64,000 bases of DNA from Pirellulales bacterium (GCA_040901675.1 JBBDYJ010000041.1:152734-216733), one strand, 5' to 3'; counted from the stretch's first letter, positions 23,101 to 33,074 are shown. The notes: generated by a model from the sequence alone, not told the origin. Numbers and translations are program-made.

Positions 23101-23248
23101 CGGCCAGCGGCGGCCCGGCTGCCAACTCGATCTCGAAGCCGTCGGGCAGCCTGAACACATGGCCGTTCAAGGCGATTTCGCCCGCCCACCCACGGCCCGC
23201 CACGAGCAGCAAAGCCAGGGCGGCCCAGCAGGCGATGGTCGACCGCAT
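20141..23248 (-). CDS. PVC-type haem-binding (CxxCH) membrane-bound dehydrogenase-domain protein with HEAT repeats
   Basis: N-terminal propeller (DADGDG), HEAT-like repeats, CAACH, GPDLTRIG, SIMPSGL. Confidence 0.9.
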   Translation of the reverse strand: MRSTIACWAALALLLVAGRGWAGEIALNGHVFRLPDGFEIELAAGPPLADRPITAALDELGRLYVADSSGSNDKVQQQLEDRPHRIVRLEDADGDGRFDRQTVFADRMMFPEGTLWFDGSLYVAAPPSIWRLTDTDGDGVADHRGEWFQGKTLTGCANDLHGPYLGPDGRIYWCKGAFAEQTYDRPGRGPLVTRASHIFRCRPDGTDLEAVMTGGMDNPVDVVFTPGGERIFSTTFLVHPGGGLRDGLIHALYGGVYGKQHGVLDGHARTGELLPVLVHLGPAAPCGLERYESEAFGPEYRDNVFTCLFNLHKLTRHVLSAEGPGLAASSEDFLVSSNLDFHPTDVLEDADGSLLVCDTGGWYKLCCPTSQLGKPDVLGAIYRIRRKDAPKAADPRGLELAWDNDVSADELASRLADPRPAVRRRATEALAQRGTAAVEPLARFAAGSGLAADARRQAVWALTWIDAAEARAAIRPALADPDELVRQAALHSISLWKDRGAAPQLLEMLATGTPSNRRVAAEALGRIGDAAAVPHLLRAAAGELDRRLEHAIIYALIEIGAAEATQAGLTAADAATRRAALFALDQMEGEHLAAGTIVPLLASSDAPVKSAAEWIVQRHPEWGDAMVGYFRQRLADERLGEAEGTALEEQLVRFAGSESVQRLLAACLVEATFSDSARHTSLGAMGRAGVPATPAGWLEALSRLLDEAEGELLARAVAVARSLPPSKEPDARLAAALLRVARIESLDEEVRLSALAARPARVDVIDPDLFELVRRHLEAEAPVAVRTAAADAVAKAGLTGEQLRALCEVFETIGPLEAERVLSAYEQTTDPEVGRALADALGDSPALTALRPDAIKTRLEKFGPELEPRIAELLALLNVDIGKQTARLEELLATLSAGDARRGQAVFQGAKAACAACHAVGYVGGRSGPDLTRIGEIRNERDLLEAIVFPSASFVRSYEPVIVSTIGGKVHNGLVREETPEALVLATGVDQEVRVSRDEIEEIQPSAVSIMPSGLDQQLTPQDLADLIAFLKAAR

Positions 23249-23363
23249 CCTAAAGCCTCCTGAGGTTTTGTTTCAGCGGCGGGCCAGCCCCCCGATCCGC
23301 CAGGATGCCATCTTAGCCGGCAAACGGGCAGTCGGCGAGCGGGGCCGTTCCGTGACGGTCGTT

Positions 23364-23708
23364 TCAGTCGGCGTCGACCAACTGGATCACGATCTTCTTG
23401 CCCAGCGACTCGGCATAGCGAACCAGCGTATGGATCGTGGGGTTCGCCCCCACCTCGTTTTCCAGACGGGAGAGCGCGGATCGCTCAATCCCACTGCGCT
23501 CTCGCACGTCCGCCAGACTCAGACCCTGGCGCTCGCGCTCCGCCCGCAGAGCGGCCAATGCGTCGGTGACTTCAATTAGCCTCGCTTTCGCCCGCTTGCG
23601 GATCTCCGGCAGTTCCTCGGCGATCTGAGACCGAAGTCTGGCGAGCCGTTCGGCTTCCTCGGGAGACAGCTTTTCCGCCCGCCTGATGCGGCGAATCTCT
23701 CTGACCAT
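23364..23708 (-). CDS. XRE-family HTH protein, putative antitoxin
   Basis: GLSLADVRERSGIERSALSRLENE...NPTIHTLVRYAESLG. Confidence 0.85.
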   Translation of the reverse strand: MVREIRRIRRAEKLSPEEAERLARLRSQIAEELPEIRKRAKARLIEVTDALAALRAERERQGLSLADVRERSGIERSALSRLENEVGANPTIHTLVRYAESLGKKIVIQLVDAD

Positions 23709-23711
23709 GGT

Positions 23712-23966
23712 TCATTCCTCAACTTCGAACGCGGTTACCGGATAGATCGTCATGTCGTCGATTTCCTCATAAACGACACCGATGAAACGGCCATCGAGCG
23801 TAATCCCAAGTGCGATCGGCCGCCCCGAAGATCGGCTCGCATCGGTGCTAACGGGGTGTTCCAACACCCCTTCAACGTCTTCCTTCGTGAGGCCATGCTG
23901 GGCAATATGTTGCACATTGCCCGCCTCGTCGTCATCCAAATCCCACAGGATTCGAAGATAGCCCAT
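23712..23966 (-). CDS. BrnT/RelE-like small toxin
   Basis: WDLDDDEAGNVQHIAQHGL, GITLDGRFIGVVYE, YPVTAFE; directly upstream of the HTH gene. Confidence 0.7.
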   Translation of the reverse strand: MGYLRILWDLDDDEAGNVQHIAQHGLTKEDVEGVLEHPVSTDASRSSGRPIALGITLDGRFIGVVYEEIDDMTIYPVTAFEVEE

Positions 23967-23978
23967 GGCCCTCTCGTG

Positions 23979-24015
23979 TTTACATTTATTATAACATCAC
24001 ATTGAAACTTGTAAA
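23979..24015 (-). promoter_or_regulatory. Sigma70 promoter of the TA pair, with a candidate operator
   Basis: Minus strand TTTACA-16-TATAAT; TTTACA/TGTAAA inverted repeat at 23979-23984 and 24010-24015. Confidence 0.7.
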
Positions 24016-24072
24016 GCCGAAGTTACGCCTCGCAAAGTTGCCCACGCGCGTCCGATTCCAGAGCGCATGCTC

Positions 24073-25122
24073 TCACGGCAGAGCCATCAGGTGTCCCCAG
24101 CCCAGCAGGTGCGCATCGGCGGGCAAGGGATCGACCGGCTTGAGGACGCCCGCCATCACCAGCGTGCCGACGTGGAAGTAGACTGCGTCGGCGTCGGACG
24201 TGCTGCCGGGAAAGTGTCCAAAACCGCCGTCCGGGTTCCTGCACGACAAGGCCCAGCGGGCGGCCCGCTCGATCGCCCGCCGGCAGTCCTCCCTGTCGTG
24301 ACCCAACTGCCGCAGCACGAACACCGCGTCGAACGTGGCATGCCGGTCGCGGGCCGGCGGGTTGATCAGCCAACTGCCGTTGCTCTTCTGGTCGCGCAGC
24401 GTTCGCTCGACCATCGCTTCGGCGGCGGGACTCGGCTCGCCGCGCAGCCGGTAGTAGTGGGCCGCGTGGAACGTGGCCGCGATGTGATCGTTCGTATAGC
24501 CGTCGTCCTCCTGGACCATCAGCTTGCGGATGTTGTGGTCGGCCTCGGCCGGCAGCGCGCGGTCCATGGCGGCGTATGCCAGCGGAAAAAAGCTGGTGGT
24601 GTAGGCCGGCAGCGTCTTGTAGTCCTGCTCCAGCACGTCGGCAAAGACCGGCAACGCGTCGTGCCGCGGCCTGGCGCCCATCGCCCGCAGCGCCACCAGT
24701 CCCTGCGTCGTGTTGTACACCCGCGCCTGGGCCGACTCCGGATCGACGGTCCCGCCGCGGTTATAGAACGCGCCGTCGGCCCGCTGCCGTCCCAGCAGGA
24801 ACTCGCGCGTCGAGCGTTCATTCGGCAGCTCCCAGCCGAACGTCTTATGGATGATCACGGCATACGTGACCGGCGCCAGGTCGCTATAGGCGCTGTCCGA
24901 CATGCCGACGTACTCGGGGTCGATGCCTGGTCTGAACGAGCCGTCCGCCGCCGCCGTACGGGCGTAGAATTTCCGCAAGCTCGTACTGACCGCATTCGTG
25001 CGGTCCTCGCCGGCGGCCTCGCTCAAAACATCCGCCTGCCCCGCCTGGATCATGTGACTCTCGACCACGAGCATCAGCATGCCGATCCCGCATGCTCGCC
25101 ACCAGTGCCAACGCCGCAGCAT
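24073..25122 (-). CDS. Prenyltransferase/squalene-oxidase-repeat protein
   Basis: Repeated RQRADGAF, QEDDGY, QKSNGSW, CRNPDGGFG motifs. Confidence 0.82.
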   Translation of the reverse strand: MLRRWHWWRACGIGMLMLVVESHMIQAGQADVLSEAAGEDRTNAVSTSLRKFYARTAAADGSFRPGIDPEYVGMSDSAYSDLAPVTYAVIIHKTFGWELPNERSTREFLLGRQRADGAFYNRGGTVDPESAQARVYNTTQGLVALRAMGARPRHDALPVFADVLEQDYKTLPAYTTSFFPLAYAAMDRALPAEADHNIRKLMVQEDDGYTNDHIAATFHAAHYYRLRGEPSPAAEAMVERTLRDQKSNGSWLINPPARDRHATFDAVFVLRQLGHDREDCRRAIERAARWALSCRNPDGGFGHFPGSTSDADAVYFHVGTLVMAGVLKPVDPLPADAHLLGWGHLMALP

Positions 25123-25398
25123 GTCCTATGCCCTCGACAACTGCCAATAACGAACGACCAATCCGGGACCGAGCCGCTACGGGCAGATCCCCTCACGCAA
25201 TCCCCTCACGCAAATTTGCTTTGCCCGCCTATCGCCGTATCGTATGATCCCAATCGAGCGGCCACAACACGCAGAAACCATCCGCGACTGTTTGGCACCG
25301 CGCCGTGGTATATCAAATGACCGTCACCTCCAATTCTCCTTTTTTTGTGCCTTTTTGCGTTTTTTGTGGCCATCTTCCCTTGTTGTATGGTGACTGAG

Positions 25399-26388
25399 AT
25401 GCGAATGGCCGCTTGTTTCGCGATCATTTTGCTCTGCAAGCTTGTCTCGGCTGCGCCCCCCGAGGCCGAGAACCTTTACACGCTCGCCGACTTCGACGCC
25501 TGGGTCGGGGCGGTGGCCTTTTCGCCCGACGGCCGGACGCTGGCTGCCGCCGACGGCGCCGCGGTGCGCCTCTGCGAGGCGGCCACCGGCAAAACCGAGT
25601 CCACGCTCGCCGGCCACGCCGACACGGTCTGCGCGCTGGCCTTTTCGCCGAACGGTTCGTTGCTGGCCAGCGGCGGCTTCGATCACTCGGTCCGGCTCTG
25701 GAACCTCCAACATCGCGGCGATCCGCTGGTCCTGGAGGGGCATCGGGGCGCCGTGATGGCCGTGGCCTTCAGTCCCAACGGCCGGCATTTGGCCACTGGC
25801 GGCATCGACGGCACCATTCGCCTCTGGTCCGGCGCGACCGGCCGGCACCTGGCCACGCTGGCGGCGCACCGAACCTGGGTCAACAGTCTCGCCTATTCCC
25901 GCGACGGCGCGCGGTTGGCTTCCGGCAGTTCCGATGGCGCCGTCAAACTCTGGGACACCGAGACGCCTGCTGACCGCGGCGGCTACCAAGAGTTGGCCCA
26001 GTTCGAGGCCGAGGCCCGTGACGGCGAAATCCGCTCCGTCGTTCTTGCCGCCGACGGCCGCTGGCTGGCCGCCGGCACGCGCTACGGTATCGTGCGCGTC
26101 TGGGACACCGCCACGCGCGAGCCACTGGCGGCCCTTGCCGCGCAGCCGGCCGACGTCTGGTCGGTCGCCCTTTCTCCCGATGGCCGCCTGTTGGCCGCCG
26201 CCGGTTCCGAGTGGAAGCGGCCCGGCGAGGTGACCCTTTGGAACACCGCTACCTGGCGCGAGCCAGGCCGCTTGCCCCACGCCGGCGAAGTTTTGTCCCT
26301 GGCCTTCTCGTCCGACGGCCGGTTGTTGGCCTGTGGCTGCTGGAACAAGTCCCTCACCGTCTGGCGCCTTGCGCCCGACGGCAAATAG
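25399..26388 (+). CDS. Secreted WD40-repeat protein
   Basis: Seven GH...VAFSPDG...LWD repeats after a signal peptide. Confidence 0.92.
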   Translation: MRMAACFAIILLCKLVSAAPPEAENLYTLADFDAWVGAVAFSPDGRTLAAADGAAVRLCEAATGKTESTLAGHADTVCALAFSPNGSLLASGGFDHSVRLWNLQHRGDPLVLEGHRGAVMAVAFSPNGRHLATGGIDGTIRLWSGATGRHLATLAAHRTWVNSLAYSRDGARLASGSSDGAVKLWDTETPADRGGYQELAQFEAEARDGEIRSVVLAADGRWLAAGTRYGIVRVWDTATREPLAALAAQPADVWSVALSPDGRLLAAAGSEWKRPGEVTLWNTATWREPGRLPHAGEVLSLAFSSDGRLLACGCWNKSLTVWRLAPDGK

Positions 26389-26545
26389 ACGAATGTCTCA
26401 AGGCATTCATCGCTGGTGACCGTCCGATTGGTTGACCTGCTCCGCCTTCTCGCGCCATAATTCATGCTGCTCGCCGCCGGCAGGCGCCGAGTCGGAACAA
26501 TCAAAGTCGGCTACCTCGTCTGCCGGCTTGTAAGGGAGGGTCACC

Positions 26546-27964
26546 ATGCGGTACTCCGCGGTCCTCAAGGTCGTTGCCTTGGTCGTCCCAATCGCCCTCG
26601 CCGCCGGCGACGTGTGTCAGGGCAGTGTAGTTGGTCAGGGCAGGATAGTCCTTTTGCTCGATTTCGAGTATCAGTGCCGCCGATCGCGGGACTGGTTGCG
26701 CCGGCATCCCCGCACGTCCCGTGCGCTGGTGTCGCTCGGCGCGATCGGCAGTGGCCGGCCAATCCGTGGCTCACTGCAGCTTGGCGTGCAATTCCACCAG
26801 CAATACACACTGGCGCAAGCCCAGCGGCGTGCCATGGCCGCCTTGCGGAAGATGGGCGTGAAGACGACCGCCAGCGGTGTCATGTATGCCGATCAGGAGA
26901 GCGGGGGTGGCTTCAGTTGGATGCAGCCGCCCGACGTGCCTGACTGGGTCCGGCGACTGCTGGGGGATGCATTCTTCCGCGAGATCGTTCACGTCGCGAT
27001 CTCGTCCGATCGCGTCACCGACCGGCGGCTGGCACAACTAAGCGGGCTGTCGGGGCTGAGGCATCTCTACCTGAAGTCACCCAGGGCTACGGATGAAAGC
27101 TTGAAGCACATCGCGGGCTTCTCACGGTTGGAAACCCTCAGCCTCGACGACTCCACAATCACGGACAAGGGCCTGATCCACTTGCGCGGATTAAGGAACC
27201 TGCGAAGACTGTACTTGCAAACATCGGTCGAAGACGGTTGGCCATTCAAATCCGTCCCGGCCCGCGGCCGGCTCACCGACGCGGGTTTGGAGCATCTGCT
27301 GCACCTCCGAAAGCTCGAGTGGCTCGATCTGAACCAGACCGGCGTCACCGACGCCGGCCTGGCGCGTCTGGCTCAATTGACCCAGCTCACTCGCCTCAGC
27401 ATGTACAACACGCGCGTCACAAACGATGGCCTGGCCGCGCTCAAGCCTTGCACCCGGCTCAAGTACCTCGATCTCAGCCACACACAGATCGACGACGCCG
27501 GCCTGGCTCACTTGGCGGCGTTTCCAGAGCTCGAGCAGCTCATCCTGATAAGCTGTTCCGTCACCGACGAGGGATTGGAACATGTGGCCCGTCTGTCGAA
27601 GCTCAAGAGCCTCTCGCTCAACGAAACGCGGATCACGGACGCCGGTCTGTCCCATCTCAAAAAGTTGACCAGCCTTGCCGAGTTGCGTCTGGCTGGCACG
27701 TCAACGACCGACCGGGGACTCGACGCCATTCGCGAGCTGTCCAAGCTGCACATGCTCGATTTGAGCCGCACGCAGATTTCGGATGCCGGCCTGGTGAACC
27801 TCAAACCGATGGAATGGCTCTCGTGGCTGGACCTCGGCAACACGAAGGTCACCGACGCCGGTCTCGAGCATCTTAAAGGACTTAAGCACCTGCACATGTT
27901 CCATGCCAACGGATCCGGTATCACCACGCGTGGTCGCATGGCATTCCAAGACCGGATGCGGTAG
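26546..27964 (+). CDS. Leucine-rich repeat protein
   Basis: Many LxxLxLxxTxVTDAGLxxL repeats; start uncertain. Confidence 0.9.
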   Translation: MRYSAVLKVVALVVPIALAAGDVCQGSVVGQGRIVLLLDFEYQCRRSRDWLRRHPRTSRALVSLGAIGSGRPIRGSLQLGVQFHQQYTLAQAQRRAMAALRKMGVKTTASGVMYADQESGGGFSWMQPPDVPDWVRRLLGDAFFREIVHVAISSDRVTDRRLAQLSGLSGLRHLYLKSPRATDESLKHIAGFSRLETLSLDDSTITDKGLIHLRGLRNLRRLYLQTSVEDGWPFKSVPARGRLTDAGLEHLLHLRKLEWLDLNQTGVTDAGLARLAQLTQLTRLSMYNTRVTNDGLAALKPCTRLKYLDLSHTQIDDAGLAHLAAFPELEQLILISCSVTDEGLEHVARLSKLKSLSLNETRITDAGLSHLKKLTSLAELRLAGTSTTDRGLDAIRELSKLHMLDLSRTQISDAGLVNLKPMEWLSWLDLGNTKVTDAGLEHLKGLKHLHMFHANGSGITTRGRMAFQDRMR

Positions 27965-28026
27965 CCCGGCTTGGCGCCTTGCGGCCTGAACAATCAGAAG
28001 AGGCACGACCGGCCGGGAGGACTCGA

Positions 28027-29190
28027 ATGCACGCCAACCAACGAGGGCCGCAAGCTCAAATCATGGTGAGTTGGCTTTCCTGCGTGGCCCTCGGCGCCTG
28101 CCTGGCTATGCTGGCGCTGCACGCGGCGGTTTCACCGGCATACGCCGAAATCCTGCCCACCAGCGGCACGTTCGAAGGCGTTTATCGTCGGGATCGTTGG
28201 GGTGTCGGCCAATTCGCCTTTTATAGCGTGGCCCCCGACTTGCACAAAAAGCTCAAGCCGTACGAGGGAAAGCGAATTTCCCTGGAAGTAAAAAAGGCCA
28301 CGCAGCGCATGAATCCTGGCCCAGGCGTCATCGAGAAAATCGGCGCGATCAAGCTTCTGGTCGATTTGCCGCTCGCCATCGAGCTGGCCACAATGGCTGG
28401 CCGTCTCGATCATCGCGGCGGGCCGGAAATCGAGGTGGCCTGCTTCCTGCACAATCAAGGCCAGGACACCGTCTCTCTTTCCGCTCGAGACGTTCATCTG
28501 AATGTCCACGCTGACAACCGTCAGAAGCAGTATGTTCACTGGATCAACGGCAACCTTGTCTCTGCAACGTTGTTCGATTTCTCACACATCGACAGCGGGA
28601 ATCACCTGACGATCGAGCCGGGCGACACATTCCCATTGGTCGCCCGCATTTCGCTGGCGCCCGGACAGTACGAAGCCCATGTACATGCCAGGTGGCGCAT
28701 CGGCCAGAATCCCCAGGTTGCAACGGTGGCCTGGTTCCCGCTGGACGTTGTCGAGCAACCGGTGGTCAAGGCCGCAGGCCGGCAGCAACTCAAACAAGGC
28801 AAGAGCCCCGACATGGGCCTGGAGGTGGTCGACGTGGAGTATTTGCCGCCGGACGACCTGGTCGAGTGGTCGTACCTTTCGTTTACGCTCCGCTCTGCCC
28901 CTGGGACAAAGCGGCGTATTGCGGTTGCCATGAGCGGCTGGGGCGTGGAACCCTCGCTCGCCGGAGTGCTGAGTGTCATGGATGCCGCCGGCCACCGTCT
29001 CAAGGTCGAAGTTCAGCACCGCGTCGGGAACGATCTCCCCTTTCGCATGATGCCCCTGACGCGACAGGGAATTCCCACCACGATCGGTTTCAAACGGTAC
29101 GGCGGTGGCAAACTCGACACGCCCGTCGATCGCATCAAGCTCGAAATCCTCACCGACCGCGGCCTGGCCGCAGTCTGGCTCTCGCCGTAA
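28027..29190 (+). CDS. Secreted hypothetical protein
   Basis: Long ORF with hydrophobic signal ending AYA; no recognised family. Confidence 0.6.
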   Translation: MHANQRGPQAQIMVSWLSCVALGACLAMLALHAAVSPAYAEILPTSGTFEGVYRRDRWGVGQFAFYSVAPDLHKKLKPYEGKRISLEVKKATQRMNPGPGVIEKIGAIKLLVDLPLAIELATMAGRLDHRGGPEIEVACFLHNQGQDTVSLSARDVHLNVHADNRQKQYVHWINGNLVSATLFDFSHIDSGNHLTIEPGDTFPLVARISLAPGQYEAHVHARWRIGQNPQVATVAWFPLDVVEQPVVKAAGRQQLKQGKSPDMGLEVVDVEYLPPDDLVEWSYLSFTLRSAPGTKRRIAVAMSGWGVEPSLAGVLSVMDAAGHRLKVEVQHRVGNDLPFRMMPLTRQGIPTTIGFKRYGGGKLDTPVDRIKLEILTDRGLAAVWLSP

Positions 29191-29206
29191 CGTCAACATG
29201 CGGTCT

Positions 29207-29344
29207 TCACCCCGGTGGCGTCTTGCGCTTCGGTGGGAATTCTTCTTCGACCTGCTGGCGGATTGTTCGATCGCGTGCAGCCTGTTCCGCCGATATCCGG
29301 TCGGTTCGTTCGCGACGCTTGATCGGTTTCTTCGACATGCTCAT
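29207..29344 (-). pseudogene. Truncated remnant resembling the N-terminus of the HTH antitoxin at 23364-23708
   Basis: KRRERTDRISAEQAARDRTIRQQVEEEFPP vs RRIRRAEKLSPEEAERLARLRSQIAEELPE; no HTH follows. Confidence 0.4.
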
Positions 29345-29466
29345 CGACTGGCCCTGCCACCATTCAAGGCGATTCGCCCTGCTTTTGCAACCAGAGTTGC
29401 CCTGTCCGGCCGCTTCAGGGAAAATCAAGACTGAGAAACCAGCCTCACTCCGCGGGAGACGCTTGC

Positions 29467-30786
29467 ATGGCATCTGCTATCACCGCGCGCCATTGGAGGC
29501 TCGACGAGATCGAGTCGAAAATCTGCCACGTGGCGGCCGAGCAATTGGACCTGCGGCGGGCGGACGTCGGCCCCCACTCGCGGCTCATCGAGGATCTCAA
29601 CTGCGACAGCTTGGAGCTGGTCGAGCTAATCATGAAGATCGAGGAAATCTTCGCTGTCACGATACCCGACGGCCCGTCCAACGACGCCTGTAAGGCCGTT
29701 TTCGCCCGGCAGCCCTTTCGGCTGCGCGACCTGGCGGAGGTGGTCTATCTTCAACAGGGCATGCCAAGGCAGCGCCGCACGGGTTGGAAGGGATGGCCCA
29801 TCGAAGCTCCCGCGGGCACCGCCATTCCCTTCACGCAGCTCGGCGGCCGCTTCGACCGCGGAAGTTCCAACGGCATCTTGTACGAGCCGTTGGAACGCGG
29901 AAGGGACGGCCTCCCCATGTTTCGCCGCCGCACCGACGGCATGCGCTGCGCGCTGCTGCCGGCGGCAAGCGTTGAAATCGGAAACGCCTCCCGCTCGGCG
30001 GCTCCCGACGAACAACCCCTGCATACCGCGGCGATCGACGAGTTTTTGATCGACGCCGAGCCTGTTTCCGCGACCGCCTACGCCAGGTTCTTGAACTCAA
30101 TCGGCTACGTCGACGGACAAATGCTCCTCGACTGGTTCATGTTGGAGGCCGGCGACCACCGCTGCGAGCATGAGCTGCTTATCCACGACGACGGGCGGTG
30201 GCAACCTTTGCCGGGCACCGAGCGGTTCCCGATGGTGCTGGTCTCCTGGTATGGCGCCAACGCCTACTCGCTGTGGGCCAACGGCCGCGACTGGCTCGAC
30301 TACCGGGAGACTGATTCACGCGACTTCGACGACCAGTTCAGCTTTTTGCCAAGCGAGGCGCAATGGGAGTACGCTGCTCGCGGCCCGATGTCCTACGAAT
30401 ACCCCTGGGGTGACGGCGAGCCAGCGCCCGACCGGCTTCGCAGCGACCGACACCGCGTGGGCCAGGAGTATACGGCGGCAAGCTTGCCGATGTCCGCCGT
30501 GAATGAAGAACTGGGCATGTCGCCGTTGGGCCTGCACCACATGGCGGGCAACGTCTGGCACTGGTGCCGCGACTGGTACGATCCCGCGTTCTATCGATCG
30601 GCCCAGGCCACTTGGCGAAACCCCCAGAACCGCCGGCCAACCGGGGTCAAGAGCGAACGCGGCGGTAGTTGGGTCGGCCCCGCCACACTGGCCCGCTGCT
30701 CGTACCGCCGCGCCCGGCCGCCGCTGGCCCGCGGCCGCTGTCTCGGCTTCCGCTGCCTGGGCGACGCGGCCGGCGCAAGAAAGTGA
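29467..30786 (+). CDS. Acyl-carrier-protein domain fused to FGE-sulfatase (SUMF1-like) domain
   Basis: DLNCDSLELVEL phosphopantetheine motif; LPSEAQWEYAARG, MAGNVWHWCRDWY, RGGSW, LGFRC. Confidence 0.85.
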   Translation: MASAITARHWRLDEIESKICHVAAEQLDLRRADVGPHSRLIEDLNCDSLELVELIMKIEEIFAVTIPDGPSNDACKAVFARQPFRLRDLAEVVYLQQGMPRQRRTGWKGWPIEAPAGTAIPFTQLGGRFDRGSSNGILYEPLERGRDGLPMFRRRTDGMRCALLPAASVEIGNASRSAAPDEQPLHTAAIDEFLIDAEPVSATAYARFLNSIGYVDGQMLLDWFMLEAGDHRCEHELLIHDDGRWQPLPGTERFPMVLVSWYGANAYSLWANGRDWLDYRETDSRDFDDQFSFLPSEAQWEYAARGPMSYEYPWGDGEPAPDRLRSDRHRVGQEYTAASLPMSAVNEELGMSPLGLHHMAGNVWHWCRDWYDPAFYRSAQATWRNPQNRRPTGVKSERGGSWVGPATLARCSYRRARPPLARGRCLGFRCLGDAAGARK

Positions 30787-30877
30787 GCGGGTAGCTGGTC
30801 TGCCAATCACGCGCCTTTTCCTGCGTGGCGGGTTAAAATCACGGCATGGACGCGAACCACACCCGGTTGCCCGCCGC

Positions 30878-31408
30878 GCCGACGCCAACGGCAAGCCGAT
30901 GCACAGTTGGCGCGTGTTGTTGCTCCCGTATTTGGAGAACCGTACTCTCTACCAGCAGTACGACTTCAACGAACCGTGGAATGGCCCCAATAACCGTCGC
31001 CTGGCCAAGTACTGTATCACCTGGTTTCGCTGTCCCCACAGCAAGTCCCCATTCGCCGAGACGAACTATGTTGTCGTCGTCGGCTCCCAGACGCTCTGGC
31101 CGGGCGCAGCCTGCGGGAGTTTCGACGACGTTCCGGATGGCACGCCGCAGACCGTGCTGGTCGTCGAGACAGCCAGTTCGGGCATCCTTTGGAGCGAGCC
31201 GCGCGACCTGGACGTGTCGACGATGAACGTGACGATCAACTCCGCGGGGGGCAAAGGCATCTCGAGCCAGCACCCGGGCGGCGCGAATGTTGTGATGGCC
31301 GACGGCTCCGTGCGGTTGCTACCGGACTCCACGACGTGGCAGTCCCTCCACGCGGTTCTGACCCGCAACGGCGGCGAGGATGTCGCCAAACTACTGGGCG
31401 ACCAATAA
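30878..31408 (+). pseudogene. 5'-truncated DUF1559 (H-X9-DG) protein
   Basis: GKPMHSWRVLLLPYLE, YDFNEPW, HPGGANVVMADGSV; normal N-terminus absent. Confidence 0.7.
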
Positions 31409-31505
31409 CGCCGCGGGCTGCGCCGCGCTCGCTTTCTTCTTCCGCACTTTCGTGTGCGCTCCTGTCGAGACCATCAAGAGCGACCTGCCCCGTCGCGATC
31501 CTGGC

Positions 31506-32099
31506 TCATCGTTCGGACAGCGCATAAGCCTCCTCCGAATAGGGATCGTCCTCGGAGAACGCTGGTGGGGCTGGCGGATAGAAAACCCAGTACAGGCCGA
31601 AGACAAGAAGCAGGCCGCCCACCCCGCCGCACACGAGCAAAAAATAGAAGCCCACCTTCTTGTTTGATTTGTGGTCGTCATAGCCAAGCACTTCAACGCT
31701 CATCAATTGGCCGTTGTGGATCGCCGCCGTATCCTGTACGACCTGATCGATCTCCTTGGTCCAGTACCGCCGACCCGAAATCAATTGGCCTTCGACGATG
31801 TTTCCGCTGAGATTCGGGTTCAACAACGCAATAAGCCAACGGTCCTCGACCTGAACCAGGTAGATTGTCCCCAAGACCATTTCGCTGAGCGATGTCACCA
31901 GGTCAGCATCCGTCGGGACCAGTTGGTCGGCGGTGAATCGGACCCAGCGGCTGGGCAGCCGCGCGAGGTCGTCGACCTTCACGAGGTCGGCCGCGGAAAT
32001 CTCGACCGGGCCGTTATGGAGGTAGTTGATGTCGTCTTGAAAGTACCACAGGCCCCCCGCGCATGTCGCAAAACTCAATACTGCGCAGATCAGGAACAT
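31506..32099 (-). CDS. Hypothetical membrane protein
   Basis: Two hydrophobic segments flanking a soluble domain. Confidence 0.55.
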   Translation of the reverse strand: MFLICAVLSFATCAGGLWYFQDDINYLHNGPVEISAADLVKVDDLARLPSRWVRFTADQLVPTDADLVTSLSEMVLGTIYLVQVEDRWLIALLNPNLSGNIVEGQLISGRRYWTKEIDQVVQDTAAIHNGQLMSVEVLGYDDHKSNKKVGFYFLLVCGGVGGLLLVFGLYWVFYPPAPPAFSEDDPYSEEAYALSER

Positions 32100-32107
32100 A
32101 CTGGTAC

Positions 32108-32703
32108 ATGGAAACCTACCTCGGCTGCGACACCATCACCCTGGATCGAAAGAACTACCGGTTCAGCGGCACGAATGCTCCCGGCATCGTCTATATCCCG
32201 CCCAGCGCGGCGCCGGGAAGCCTCCACGTGGATCGGATCGGCTCCCGGCGGTGGGCGGTCGCCCCCGGCCGGTTCTCGGTCCGCTTGAAAACGGAGATCT
32301 ATGTCGAGCTGCTCAATCGCGAGACCCGCCGCGCGCACACCTTGGTGATCCGAGGCCCGGGCGTAACCGCGATGCAGCAAGAACGCGCGTGGCTGCCGAG
32401 CAATCTTTGGGACGCGAATTATCTGTGCTTCACGACCAAGCAGCCGGCGCCTTCTTCGATTTCGATCCGGCACACGGCGTCTACTGGTGGAACATTCTGA
32501 GCGGCGCGGACCAGAAGGGTCACGGATTCAAAGTGGCCAACAAGCGGCTGAGCTATTTTGCCAACCTGCCTGTCTTCTGGTGGCTGCACGCGGATCGGGA
32601 TGCGCGTGCCGGCGTCTTCGATGTCCGTTACCTTCTTCGCTACGGAAGCGGAAGACCAACTTGGCCCCTGCGGCTCTCAAAGCAGAGTTGGCCGACGACG
32701 TAA
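32108..32703 (+). pseudogene. Possible frameshifted hypothetical gene
   Basis: Protein-like sequence switches frame near 32445 (ORFs 32063-32500 and 32251-32703). Confidence 0.3.
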
Positions 32704-32852
32704 GCTGTCCCGGCCTTCAGCGATGCACTCGCGACCTCGGTCACCTTCCGGGAGGCGCTTGTCCGCTTGGACCATGCCGATATATGGTAAGCTGGTAGCG
32801 CGTCGAAAACCGCGCTGTGCGCCGCCTTCCGTTGCTGATGGGTTCAAACGCT

Positions 32853-33074
32853 ATGCCATCGTCCGGCGATGATCGGTTGGCAATGGTTCGCCATTGGCAG
32901 CGAGTCGGTCCGCTTTTGGAGCAAGTCCGCCAGCGAGAGCTCCGCGCCATGGACGATGCCGCGGCCCGCGTGGCGATCGAACGCGTGTTGGAGCTGGGCG
33001 CGGCGCTGCCCGCCGTTCGAACCACGAGCGGCCTCGTTGAGCAACAGCGGCTGTTTCAGAAGTGGCGCCGATGA
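32853..33074 (+). CDS. Small helical protein, putative partner of the nucleotidyltransferase
   Basis: 73 aa; ATGA overlap with the next gene. Confidence 0.6.
   Translation: MPSSGDDRLAMVRHWQRVGPLLEQVRQRELRAMDDAAARVAIERVLELGAALPAVRTTSGLVEQQRLFQKWRR

Noticed and set aside
29467..31500. Diversity-generating retroelement targeting the FGE-sulfatase C-terminus
   Set aside because: No reverse transcriptase and no template-repeat copy of the gene's 3' end seen in the window
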